Shown piece by piece: positions 19,572-28,875 of a stretch of DNA of 64,000 nucleotides. Each line of letters opens with the position of its first letter. Positions within the stretch are counted from its first letter, which is position 1. Where the stretch lies: the NCBI GenBank assembly GCA_050010515.1, contig JBEKKX010000011.1, positions 1 through 64,000 of the forward strand, given 5' to 3'. Source of the DNA: Candidatus Bathyarchaeia archaeon. Lineage in GTDB: Archaea; Thermoproteota; Bathyarchaeia; Bathyarchaeales; Bathycorpusculaceae. Position numbers and translations under genes: made by a program. Under the pieces are notes generated by a model. It was not told the DNA's origin. It worked only from the letters and a program-made list of their open reading frames with translations, and made no database searches.

Positions 19572-20390
19572 TTACTGTTCGATGATGGCTTTTCCACCAT
19601 TCTCCTCGACCAAAATTGAAAGTTGCCTCATGGCTTTCTCAAGCATTTCCATGGGCCTTTCTTTGGCTTTGGCTGCAACTGTTAAGTGAATTTCGATATG
19701 CGGCTTATTTTCTACACCCATCGGATGAGACTTTATATAAACTCCCTTATTTGCACTCATGACTTTGTCGATTAATGGAGCCAAATGCGATTCCATCATG
19801 TTATCCAAAAACATGCTTTTTTCACAAAAAACCCTGTCACCCACAGTTTGTTTAAGCATAGACGCTATCGTTTCCGTAAAAATCGCTTCCATCTCTGAAG
19901 GCACACCGGGCAGGGCAAACAAAACAGTTCCTTCCAAATCTATGTGTACTCCGGGTGCAGTGCCGATTGGGTTGTTGATTGGTTCTGTTTTTTCTGGTAG
20001 GGTTGCCATTTTGACTCTGGGCGGCGTTAATTCAATTATTGTTGAGAGCTGCCTTTTTCTGGCGTATTCTTCGCATTTTTCCTTAACCATTGCTAACGCT
20101 TTCTGGTTGATTTCCAATTTGCGGTTTAGTGCTTTTGCTATTCCCTCTAACGTTTTATCGTCAAAAGTTGGTCCTAACCCGCCAGTCGTGATTATGAACT
20201 GCGGTTTTCGCTTTATGGCTTCCCGAACAATGTTGGCTATTTCGTCAACGATGTCTTGTACTACTGTTATGCGCTTAACGTTTACTCCGAGATTTGTTGC
20301 TTGTTTACCGAGCCATTGAGCGTTTGTGTTAAGTGTCTTGCCTATTAGTAACTCGTTGCCTACGCAGATTATTTCCATGTCCACGGTCAC
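19572..20390 (-). CDS. CinA N-terminal-like / molybdopterin-binding-fold pyrophosphatase (COG1058)
   Basis: GNELLIGKTLNTN, TTGGLGPTFDD, NPIGTAPG, LPGVPSEM. Confidence 0.88.
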   Translation of the reverse strand: MTVDMEIICVGNELLIGKTLNTNAQWLGKQATNLGVNVKRITVVQDIVDEIANIVREAIKRKPQFIITTGGLGPTFDDKTLEGIAKALNRKLEINQKALAMVKEKCEEYARKRQLSTIIELTPPRVKMATLPEKTEPINNPIGTAPGVHIDLEGTVLFALPGVPSEMEAIFTETIASMLKQTVGDRVFCEKSMFLDNMMESHLAPLIDKVMSANKGVYIKSHPMGVENKPHIEIHLTVAAKAKERPMEMLEKAMRQLSILVEENGGKAIIEQ

Positions 20391-20567
20391 GGTGCTTCAG
20401 CTTTTTATTGTTGGTTGAATCAGAATTAAAGGCGTTTTCTTTTATATCGTTTGCTTGATTATTGTTCAAAAGCATGGTGACGGCTTTGCTGAGTTTAGTG
20501 TTTTAATGTTTGCCCCGAAACTATAGTCAGAGCTAACAAAAAGGTTCGTCGCTTTTTTTGATTGAAC

Positions 20568-20771
20568 TTACTTCTTGCTAAGCCACCATTTGAGGTATTC
20601 TTTTCTGCGGTTTTCTTTCTCTTCTTCCGCTGTTTCTTCGCTTGGCCTGTTCTTTTCGCGTAGTTCCATTAGTTCTTGCTGTGTCACTGATAACCCGCAG
20701 CTTTTGCAGATATAGTGTTTGGTGGATATAAGGTACTGCATTTCTCCGCCGCATTCAGGACAGTAATTCAT
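20568..20771 (-). CDS. small zinc-ribbon protein
   Basis: CPECGG...CKSCG, followed by a charged helix ending EYLKWWL. Confidence 0.75.
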   Translation of the reverse strand: MNYCPECGGEMQYLISTKHYICKSCGLSVTQQELMELREKNRPSEETAEEEKENRRKEYLKWWLSKK

Positions 20772-20869
20772 TTATATTCTCTCAGGGAAGTTTTATAATA
20801 AATCATTTTTGCAGAGATATTAGTCTTCGCATAGGTTTGATTAATTTTAACCTAAAAATCGGTGTGATT

Positions 20870-21931
20870 CTAGACGTGAGTGTACATTTTGTCGCTGGTG
20901 TATTTTCCTGTGTCCATTTCCTGTTCGATTTCACGCAAAAGCAAAATGCGCTTAAATGTCGGAGGGTGCGTAGAAAACAAGCTGTTTATTTGGTGCCATG
21001 TGCTTTTGGATTCTTTCTCCATCGCTAATTCCAACTCACGCTCATCTAAAACGCCATCATGGTCTAAGTCGTACTGGTCTTTTTTATCCATGATTTCCTT
21101 AACTTCCTGTTTCGCCGTTGCTGGATCTGCAATGTAGAACGCTCTGGCTCCTTCTGGTGGCTTGGGCGAAATGGATAAGCCATAAGTGATTTTTGCCAAG
21201 GCACTTTCCAATTCTCTAGGCGAACCTGTCACGTAAGCGGAGTATGAATCAGCAAAATGTTCGCGAAGTCGACTAAGCCTCATAACAATCAAGAATGTTA
21301 ATATATAAACTATAAACGAGATTACGCCGATTAAGATTAATATTGCACCTGAATTGCCTTTATTTCCTCCTCTTCCTCCTCCGGAGCCTCCGCCTCCGCT
21401 TAACGCGCCTGTTATCAATGTTACCTCTGCAATTAAGTATGCAATTAACGGCAACGCGGAAAGAACAGTCATTACAATATAATCTTTATGTTTAATGTGA
21501 CCTAACTCGTGAGCTATTACGCCTTTAATTTCATCTTCCTTCAAACTCCTCAAAAGCCCGTCATGCACCGCTAAAGTGGCGCTGCTTTGGGATCTGCCAA
21601 AAGTAAACGCGTTCGGCGTATTATTCGGAACTACAGCTAACCTCGGCATTGGTAAACCGCTTTTGTCCGCTAACTCTTTAACTGTTTTTTCAAGCCATGG
21701 ATTCTCACCAGGCTTTAAGTAATGCAGCTTTGTTGAAGCTTTAACCATAAATGGACCTATCGCGTACTCGAACAGTATGAAGAGTGCTGTACCACCTAAA
21801 GCGACAACTAAACCAGTAAAAACACCCAATTGTAAGAAGAAAACAATTGCAAACACGAGAAGACCAAATATGAACGCTGCTAAGAAAATCGAAGTCGCCA
21901 TTGCCCACTTTAATTGTGCTAAACTAGCCAA
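20870..21931 (-). CDS. htpX: HtpX (M48) membrane zinc protease
   Basis: PNAF, HELGH, SRLREHFAD, FSTHPP and TM helices. Confidence 0.92.
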   Translation of the reverse strand: MASLAQLKWAMATSIFLAAFIFGLLVFAIVFFLQLGVFTGLVVALGGTALFILFEYAIGPFMVKASTKLHYLKPGENPWLEKTVKELADKSGLPMPRLAVVPNNTPNAFTFGRSQSSATLAVHDGLLRSLKEDEIKGVIAHELGHIKHKDYIVMTVLSALPLIAYLIAEVTLITGALSGGGGSGGGRGGNKGNSGAILILIGVISFIVYILTFLIVMRLSRLREHFADSYSAYVTGSPRELESALAKITYGLSISPKPPEGARAFYIADPATAKQEVKEIMDKKDQYDLDHDGVLDERELELAMEKESKSTWHQINSLFSTHPPTFKRILLLREIEQEMDTGKYTSDKMYTHV

Positions 21932-22032
21932 CTTATTCCCTCTCGTTTGTTGTCCACAAGTACTAAGTTAAAGAATTAAGTCTTTCTCAAAAAATGCAGA
22001 ATCTCGGAATTCCAAAAAATAAAAAGAGAGTT

Positions 22033-23013
22033 TTAGATTGGGTAAGCTCCGCAAACCTTGCAGAACTGGATTTTTGTTTTAATGTAGCTTTTGCATTTTG
22101 GACACTGTATTCCGCCGTTATCTGGGAAGACGTCTTTTGGTTTGCCGAATTTCTTGCGGAAGTGTTCGTAGTAGAGTAATTGTTCTTTGTCTTGGATTTC
22201 GACGTCGTCTTTTTCTTTTATTGCTTTCTTTTTCGCTTCAAAATCCTTGTCAGAAATCATGTCGTTGAAGTATGTTCTGAGCGTTTCTGTTCCTGTTCCC
22301 TGTTCAAGCGGTGCTTTTGTTCTCCAAATGACATCTTTGGGTATTACATCTTCGTAGGCTTTGCGAAGTATCCATTTGCTGTATTTTACGCCGTTGTACA
22401 TGTTTATCTTGAATTTAATGGGTAGTTTCTTTGCCCAATTCATGAACAAAGGATCCATGTAAGGTGCGCATATGGTCTCTCCAAGAGCCTCGGCCATGGG
22501 AAGTGATGAGAAGCCCATTTCTGCCCACATTTCTTCCTGCTTCTTTGCGAATTCCGCTTCGGTTAGGTTGAATTGCCATGGGTACCCGAAAAGCTCGTCT
22601 AATGAGTCGCCTGTGAATACGCTTTTTATTCCCTTAGCTTTAAAGAGCGTTAAGCCAATGTAAACTGGTAGGCTGTTTCTGATTTCCATGGGGTCAAATT
22701 TTTTGAGTGCTTCCACAACTTTCGGATAATATTTAAGTACATCTTCTTTGCCGAACTCGTACGTTTCCTGCTTTAGATTTAGGAGAGCAACCATTTTCTT
22801 TACGTATTGGGCGTCTTTTGGGTTTCCATGCTTAAAAGCTAAAGTGAGGCATGGAATGTCAGGTTTGTACTTCACTGCTTCATAAGCAATTATTTGAGTG
22901 TCTGTTCCGGCAGAAAACAAGAAGCCGTCAGCCATATTTTTCTTAACAACTTTGCTTACTAAAGTTCTAACTTCTGGTAACAGTTTGGTGTATTCTGATG
23001 GGTCTAGCGCCAT
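22033..23013 (-). CDS. asparagine-synthase C-terminal (ATP pyrophosphatase) domain protein with terminal zinc ribbon
   Basis: FSAGTDT PP-loop variant, TGDSLDELFGY, KWILRKA, WRTK; C-terminal CPKC...CKVC. No Ntn glutaminase domain. Confidence 0.8.
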   Translation of the reverse strand: MALDPSEYTKLLPEVRTLVSKVVKKNMADGFLFSAGTDTQIIAYEAVKYKPDIPCLTLAFKHGNPKDAQYVKKMVALLNLKQETYEFGKEDVLKYYPKVVEALKKFDPMEIRNSLPVYIGLTLFKAKGIKSVFTGDSLDELFGYPWQFNLTEAEFAKKQEEMWAEMGFSSLPMAEALGETICAPYMDPLFMNWAKKLPIKFKINMYNGVKYSKWILRKAYEDVIPKDVIWRTKAPLEQGTGTETLRTYFNDMISDKDFEAKKKAIKEKDDVEIQDKEQLLYYEHFRKKFGKPKDVFPDNGGIQCPKCKSYIKTKIQFCKVCGAYPI

Positions 23014-23235
23014 TTCTTTCCCTCGTAATACATTGTTTTTCCTTCATCCACTATTTAAGGTTTCTCCATATGCAAACAAAAGCAAAAAAATAATAAACAT
23101 CTGTGAGGAAACTGAGCAAAATACTGAACAGACGAGATTTCAACAAAACAAAAAATCTGGTCACCTCAAAACACCACATTTAAAAGTCTTTAAAGCTGAA
23201 ATTCAATAAACACAAGCATTCAGAGGATTCATCCC

Positions 23236-23988
23236 TTGAAAACAAGCCTACTCCACATGAAAATACGCGACTCCCTGCAAGGTAATATAACAGCAGCCAA
23301 ACTAGCAATCAAGAAAGCCGCCAAGCAAAAACCAGTCCTAATCGCTCTCCCAGAATATTTCACAGTTCCCAACTGCATGGCAGATTTCACTGATGCATCA
23401 ATCATTTCGAAGGAAACCTGCAAAGAAACCCTACATTTTCTGGCTGAAATTTCTAAGGAAATATCCGATATTTACTTGTTGGGCGGTACAGTGCTTGAAG
23501 AAGACAGCGGAAAATATTACAACACAAGCACCCTGTGGAAAAATGGGTCTCTTTTAGCCAAATACAAAAAGATAAACCCTATTCAAGCTGAAATTAAAGC
23601 TGGCGTCGCCAAAGGCGCCCAACCTGTTGTCGTTAACACAGAAATTTGTAAAATCGGGCTTTTGGTTTGTGCTGATATGTTTGATGCTGACCTTGTTAAA
23701 AAAACTGCTAATTTGGGGGCTGAAATAGTTTCTCTTCCAGTTGCAGCGATGGGTACTCATCCAAGCGTTAAAGGGCACCCGTTAACTGAGAAGGTTGCTT
23801 TGGATAATGGTTTGTTTGTGCTTAAAGTTGGAAACGTGTGCTCGAGCATGAGGGGTGGAAGAACCGCAATTTTTGCTCCATGGGGCATGCTTGGCGAAGT
23901 CTCCGACGCACCTGAAGATTCCATATTAACCCGGGATCTTGACATGCAGCGGCTCAGAGAATACCGTAGAAAGCTTAATAAATCTTAG
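23236..23988 (+). CDS. carbon-nitrogen hydrolase (nitrilase family)
   Basis: Glu-Lys-Cys triad in LPEYF, YKKI and VCAD. Confidence 0.88.
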   Translation: MKTSLLHMKIRDSLQGNITAAKLAIKKAAKQKPVLIALPEYFTVPNCMADFTDASIISKETCKETLHFLAEISKEISDIYLLGGTVLEEDSGKYYNTSTLWKNGSLLAKYKKINPIQAEIKAGVAKGAQPVVVNTEICKIGLLVCADMFDADLVKKTANLGAEIVSLPVAAMGTHPSVKGHPLTEKVALDNGLFVLKVGNVCSSMRGGRTAIFAPWGMLGEVSDAPEDSILTRDLDMQRLREYRRKLNKS

Positions 23989-24859
23989 CCCAATCATCGA
24001 CGATTCGGCTCATTTCCTCAAAGTTGTATTTTTCGAGCCAATTCTGGAAGTTAATGTTTTGAACAGCAAACCTGCAGATCTGTTTAGCGTTCTCTGAGTT
24101 ATGTACTAAAAGTAGCACTGCGTCTAGCATGTGCCTTGAAACGTAAGCCACCGTTTTCAGTAGCGCATCCAATTTCTCGTCGGTTGGCATCTCGGCGCTT
24201 AATTCTAAAACAACAGGCTTCTTCAACGACGCAACAAAATCTCTTGCCAACATATCCACCCAGTACATAGTCAAATAATCTCTCGACGAAAGCGGCACAT
24301 GGAAATAATCAACACATTCAGCTATCGCATTTAAGTCTAAGCCGAATCTTTCTTTAGCAAGCACTGGATCAGGATAAATTTCAACCGCAAAAGTCTGCTT
24401 CACTCGTGCTTTGGCTTCTTGAACAAATTTTGTTATTGTTTGTGCTCTCCATTGCGTCCAGTTTAAGCCGCTTTGTTTCCACAATTCGACGCATCTGGGG
24501 CAGACGCAGAATTCTTGGTCTGGAAAGTGGTAGAGGTTCAAGGTTACGCCCATGATGTTTTCTTTGCTTAGGCTCTCAATGTAGTCTAACACTTTTTTTC
24601 TGTACTCTGGGTTTGTTGGGCAAACAAAGTCAAAAGCCAAATTACATCTTCTATTTTTGCGCAGCGCTGGACCACTGTTTGAGACAGCAACTATGTCTGG
24701 GTTTTCCCTGATGGCTTTAGCATCGCAAAACGCGGTAATGTCATTCTGCATGCCTTTTGCTGCTGGGAAAACTTGTCCATCTGCCCATTTTGAATAGTAA
24801 ACGTGAAGATCAAAGCCCTCGACTTTTTCCGGCGTATAGGTGACTAAGCCTACTTTCAT
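23975..24859 (-). CDS. hypothetical protein, probable glycoside-hydrolase-like TIM barrel with CxCxxC
   Basis: CPTNPEYR, FCVCPRC, WRAQTITKFV, ERFGLD; paralog of 26273..27178. Confidence 0.6.
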   Translation of the reverse strand: MKVGLVTYTPEKVEGFDLHVYYSKWADGQVFPAAKGMQNDITAFCDAKAIRENPDIVAVSNSGPALRKNRRCNLAFDFVCPTNPEYRKKVLDYIESLSKENIMGVTLNLYHFPDQEFCVCPRCVELWKQSGLNWTQWRAQTITKFVQEAKARVKQTFAVEIYPDPVLAKERFGLDLNAIAECVDYFHVPLSSRDYLTMYWVDMLARDFVASLKKPVVLELSAEMPTDEKLDALLKTVAYVSRHMLDAVLLLVHNSENAKQICRFAVQNINFQNWLEKYNFEEMSRIVDDWAKIY

Positions 24860-24920
24860 GGTCTCTTACCAGATGCGCGCAAACAATATATTCTTGGTGC
24901 TTATTTAACTGTTGATTCGC

Positions 24921-25145
24921 ATGGGCAAGCAGCATAAATCCCTTATTATCATTGATACCGCTAAATGTGCTCCCTGCACAGGGCTTATCTGTGTCGGCGT
25001 TTGTCCGCAGGGCGTTTTAGAGGAGGGCAAAAACAAAAAGCCACAAGTGATTGATGCTGTGGAATGCACTCGATGTGGCGTCTGCGTAAATCTGTGCCCA
25101 TCAAAAGCCATTACTATAAATCCTAATAAACCCAGAGTGAAATAG
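24921..25145 (+). CDS. 2x[4Fe-4S] ferredoxin
   Basis: CAPCTGLICVGVCP and CTRCGVCVNLCP. Confidence 0.88.
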   Translation: MGKQHKSLIIIDTAKCAPCTGLICVGVCPQGVLEEGKNKKPQVIDAVECTRCGVCVNLCPSKAITINPNKPRVK

Positions 25146-25164
25146 TTACGAGGGGGAGGCTGGC

Positions 25165-26202
25165 ATGGAACAGTTTAACCTTGCAGACAGCGTTAAATTA
25201 ATCATCAAAGACAATATGCTAGCCGTATTTTCAGATAAAGCTTTAATGACTGTGAGTTCTGCAATCTTTAATGGCGGGTACAAACAGGTTAAAGCCGTCC
25301 TCAATGTAGGCGTGCCGGAAGGGTATAATGACCGTTCCTTGCACCTTGACCCGCTGGAACTTATCACATCGTCTGCGGCTAAGCTTGGATTAGCAAAGGA
25401 TTATCTTGCCATGGTCACAGCCGCAAAGATTAAAAACTACAGTTTAGTATCAAAAAAAGCTGGTGATTTTTCAGTCAGCGTTGCCGCCACCGCCGGCTGC
25501 TCGCATGGTGAATCTTCGGGCGAAGAGATGGATGTTCAAGAAATCGTAGGCACAATAAATATTATCGTCTTAATCGACGGGAACCCAACGGAAAGCTGCA
25601 TGGTTGCTTCGCTAATTACCGCCACAGAGGCGAAGTCGGCAGCACTGAGGGATTTTGACGTCCGAAGCAGGTACACGGGTGACTCAGCTACAGGCTCAAT
25701 AACTGACAGCGCGACCATAGCATCAACAAGCCAAGGCAAAACAATCAGTTATGGCGGTCCAGCGTCGAAACTGGGCAAGTTGGTCGGGTATTGCGCAAGG
25801 AAAGCCGTTACTGAAGCCCTAATCAAGCAGGAGCCAATTTGGGCTTGCCGAACCGTTTTAGATAGGCTTACAGAGAGGCATCTTCCGCTGGAGAAACTCG
25901 CCGCCGAACTATCCAAAGTCAAAGGCATAGATGTTGATGAGAAGGGTTTGGCTGAGATTTTGAAAAATAAACCGCTTGCTAGTGCTTATTTGTTGGCGGC
26001 GGCAAGGTTGGATGATGATTTTAAAAAGAACCTGTTGCCCGCAGAGTTTGGGGATGCAGCTGAGTTAAGTAAATGCTTTGGCAACCTTGCCCATTCTCAG
26101 CCGGATTGCTCTAAAGTGCCAGGTTATGATTCGGTTGATTTGCCTCCCTTCCTAAAATATGCTTTAATCAATATTGTAAGAGAAGTTCTCTTCAAAGGTT
26201 AA
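25165..26202 (+). CDS. cbiZ: adenosylcobinamide amidohydrolase CbiZ with C-terminal extension
   Basis: SSAIFNGG, MVTAA, ATAG, GTINIIV, TATEAK, ATGSITD, YGGPASKLG. Confidence 0.88.
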   Translation: MEQFNLADSVKLIIKDNMLAVFSDKALMTVSSAIFNGGYKQVKAVLNVGVPEGYNDRSLHLDPLELITSSAAKLGLAKDYLAMVTAAKIKNYSLVSKKAGDFSVSVAATAGCSHGESSGEEMDVQEIVGTINIIVLIDGNPTESCMVASLITATEAKSAALRDFDVRSRYTGDSATGSITDSATIASTSQGKTISYGGPASKLGKLVGYCARKAVTEALIKQEPIWACRTVLDRLTERHLPLEKLAAELSKVKGIDVDEKGLAEILKNKPLASAYLLAAARLDDDFKKNLLPAEFGDAAELSKCFGNLAHSQPDCSKVPGYDSVDLPPFLKYALINIVREVLFKG

Positions 26203-26272
26203 CTGAAAAGACTTAAATAACCTGCAATTTTATTCGGTAATAAAAACAAGAGTTAAAATGGTGAATTAAACT

Positions 26273-27178
26273 TTGAAATTCGGCGTATTTCTTTATCAAC
26301 CTGAGCCTGCTGAAGGCGTCGATTACAACTTCTACCGCATTAAACCAGAATCAGGAACCGTGGGAAAACCAAACCCTAAAATGTACACTAACATTGCATG
26401 CTTCGGCGACAACGCCTTAGCAGCGAAACGCCCTGAATGGGTATCCATCTCCAAAGATGGTCCAGCGTTACGCACGAACAAGAAGTACAATTTACGCTGG
26501 GACGTTTTGTGCATGACCAACCCAGAGGTCAGAGAATACAACCTTAAACTAATCGCCGAATGCGCCAAAACCACGCCGGGCATAAGCATCAGCAGCCAAC
26601 ACTTTGCTGAACGCGACTTCTGTGTCTGTCCACGCTGCGTTGAGCAGTGGCGCCAAAGTGGTTTGAACTGGGTTGACTGGAGAGCCAAAACCGTAACGGA
26701 ATTCCTCAAAGAAGTCCGAGACGTCGTCAAAAACAAGCCCTTATTCGTTAATTGCCTGCCTGACCCGTTGCTTGGCAAAGCACGCTTCGGCTACGACTTC
26801 GACGCCATGGCAGAATACGCTGACTACTTCGTTATACCCATGTTCAGCAAGGCTTACCCGACTCCATGGTACTGGGAAACCATCGCAAGAGGCTACAAAA
26901 GCTTCCTCAAGAAGCCAGTATTCGTAAACTTCTACGTTCGAGGTCCAAACGAGACTTGGGACACCGTGGCACCAACTAAACAAATAATGACAGTAGCCAC
27001 GCGCGCGGCAAGAACAGGCATAGATGGCATAATCTTCCTAGCAGAAAAAGCCCAATGGATACAAGAGTTCCAAAAGAACGCGGTCGCAGACAAAGAAACA
27101 CGAGAATTCCTCAAAGGTCACGGCGGCGACGAAGTCCTAGAACTCTTCAACAGATGGGAAAAAATGCTAAAAGCTTAG
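26273..27178 (+). CDS. hypothetical protein, probable glycoside-hydrolase-like TIM barrel with CxCxxC
   Basis: CMTNPEVR, FCVCPRC, WRAKTVTEFL, ARFGYD; paralog of 23975..24859. Confidence 0.6.
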   Translation: MKFGVFLYQPEPAEGVDYNFYRIKPESGTVGKPNPKMYTNIACFGDNALAAKRPEWVSISKDGPALRTNKKYNLRWDVLCMTNPEVREYNLKLIAECAKTTPGISISSQHFAERDFCVCPRCVEQWRQSGLNWVDWRAKTVTEFLKEVRDVVKNKPLFVNCLPDPLLGKARFGYDFDAMAEYADYFVIPMFSKAYPTPWYWETIARGYKSFLKKPVFVNFYVRGPNETWDTVAPTKQIMTVATRAARTGIDGIIFLAEKAQWIQEFQKNAVADKETREFLKGHGGDEVLELFNRWEKMLKA

Positions 27179-27221
27179 CATCCACACTTTTTTCTTATTT
27201 GACTTTTTGTGCTTCGTTTAA

Positions 27222-27782
27222 TCAGGCAGGATATTTCTTTTCTTCTACGATAGTTCCTGAGATTGTTATTAGAATTGCGTTTCCGCTAACAGAAGCAGCT
27301 AGGTGCCTTCTGCCGATGCCATAAAAACCACTAAATTTCTCTGGAATCTGCAAAGCTATTTTTCCTTCTTGTCTTTTTATTGGAATTTCTGCCGTAAAGA
27401 AGGCGAACTCTTTCCATTCTGGTATTTCGCAGCCTGCTATTCCAATCGTGGTGCTGTCTAGCGCATAGACAAAGGCGTAGTCGAGCCATTGCCCATTTTC
27501 AAATTGCAATAGATTTTCTTGTACTTCAATTATGTCAGGGGGTTTGGTGTCTTTTGGGTAAATAAGATTCACCCGTCTACCAGTCCTCTCAATACTCTTG
27601 ATTACGATCTGGTTCTGGTTGAATAGTCTTCTAATGGCGCCATCAACCCGTCCGCTTTGCCAATTAAGCTTCTTTGTGAGTTCGTACTGAGAAAGCCCAG
27701 GGTAATCTTTTATGACATCTAGTAAGGCTTTGTCTGATTCGACCCCTCTTTTGTTTCTAGTTAATTCCTGCATAACTTGCAT
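27222..27782 (-). CDS. winged-HTH DNA-binding protein
   Basis: YPGLSQYELTKKLNWQSGRVDGAIRRL wHTH, followed by a beta-rich C-terminal domain. Confidence 0.65.
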   Translation of the reverse strand: MQVMQELTRNKRGVESDKALLDVIKDYPGLSQYELTKKLNWQSGRVDGAIRRLFNQNQIVIKSIERTGRRVNLIYPKDTKPPDIIEVQENLLQFENGQWLDYAFVYALDSTTIGIAGCEIPEWKEFAFFTAEIPIKRQEGKIALQIPEKFSGFYGIGRRHLAASVSGNAILITISGTIVEEKKYPA

Positions 27783-27911
27783 CTAACCCTTGGTTTAAAT
27801 CAACAGTACCTCATCGTATAGCATTATTAAAGGAGCTTTTAAGGTATAAGTTTTTTGGAATATTCCAAAACAATTAAGTGATAAATACTAGAAACCCACA
27901 AAAAGAACCAC

Positions 27912-28193
27912 ATGGCTTTCTTCCAGCCGAAAAAACGAATCTTCACTGGACAAATAGAATTAGGTCCTCAGGTCAGAACATGGATTGCAAAACATAGAAG
28001 CTTTGCCAGCAGGGAATGGGTCGAAAGCCAAATCCGATACAATGAATGGATCCCTGATAAGTCTGATAAATCTCGTTTCCTGATTTACACCAAAGATACC
28101 ATCGGCATAAAACCTCTAACAATTCTAATTAAGATACGAGTGTTTAGTACTCGTGTCTTTGTTTATCATGCTCACGTCTTAAGAAAAAAATGA
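27912..28193 (+). CDS. small basic hypothetical protein (possible RelE/BrnT-like toxin)
   Basis: 93 aa, basic, with KH near the N-terminus and terminal beta strands ending VYHAH; next to a DUF2283 gene. Confidence 0.45.
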   Translation: MAFFQPKKRIFTGQIELGPQVRTWIAKHRSFASREWVESQIRYNEWIPDKSDKSRFLIYTKDTIGIKPLTILIKIRVFSTRVFVYHAHVLRKK

Positions 28194-28254
28194 GGCTGCG
28201 GCTATACGGAGAAATCTAGCTAACGCTTGACTGCCACTAACGATGAAAGGTTAC

Positions 28255-28563
28255 TTATTTTTTGATATTTTGCCCTTTGTATGTTGCTGCGTTTATTATT
28301 GTCAGGTTAACTATTTTCCCCTTGCTATTAAGCCCTAGTACAATTTCACCGTACTTGTCAACGATTTTGCTGTCAACACTTTTTGCGGGGTACTCAAAAT
28401 GTACGTAAAGAACATCTGCTGAATCATCGTAGTGAAACATCACTATTTTTGAGGGCAAATTCAAGTCGTATCGCTCGGCAATCTGAGTAACGATTTTTGG
28501 GACATCGATGGCTAGATTCACAGTTTTCGCCAAAAGCGTACATCCTCCTTTTTCTTCTGTCAC
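28255..28563 (-). CDS. DUF2283 family protein
   Basis: YDDSADVLYVHF...GKIVNLTIINA signature. Confidence 0.75.
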   Translation of the reverse strand: MTEEKGGCTLLAKTVNLAIDVPKIVTQIAERYDLNLPSKIVMFHYDDSADVLYVHFEYPAKSVDSKIVDKYGEIVLGLNSKGKIVNLTIINAATYKGQNIKK

Positions 28564-28875
28564 TAATGGGAAAAGCGATTCTCAGGGTATATGTGTTCTT
28601 GCTTTTACCTTGTACTTAACTTTTTAGAGGCGGCGACAGTTGGAAGTAGCCGAGAAGGTCACAGTATTCGGGAAAGCCCGAAAAGTGAAAAAAACGGAAA
28701 AAGACATTCCAGAGACACTTAACCAGCAAACATTTCAAGCCCTGAATCAAAAAAGCAACCCAAAACGAGTCCTGCCTAAAACTGCCTACCGATAGACCTA
28801 CCCTACTAGTTGTGGCAAAAAACAACCACAAAAATGCAATCAAAATAATTTAACTTAAATAAAATAATAGCGGGG

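Noticed and set aside
19759-20319. Long antisense ORFs (here and at 4413, 26332, 31286, 31911, 57832, 60891)
   Set aside because: They are shadows of well-supported genes on the opposite strand and have no recognisable motifs.
28628-28795. Structured RNA or cobalamin riboswitch (TTCGGG-AAAG-CCCGAA hairpin)
   Set aside because: No B12-box consensus. The hairpin is short and the region also reads as a weak 51-aa frame (28640-28795); neither reading is supportable.
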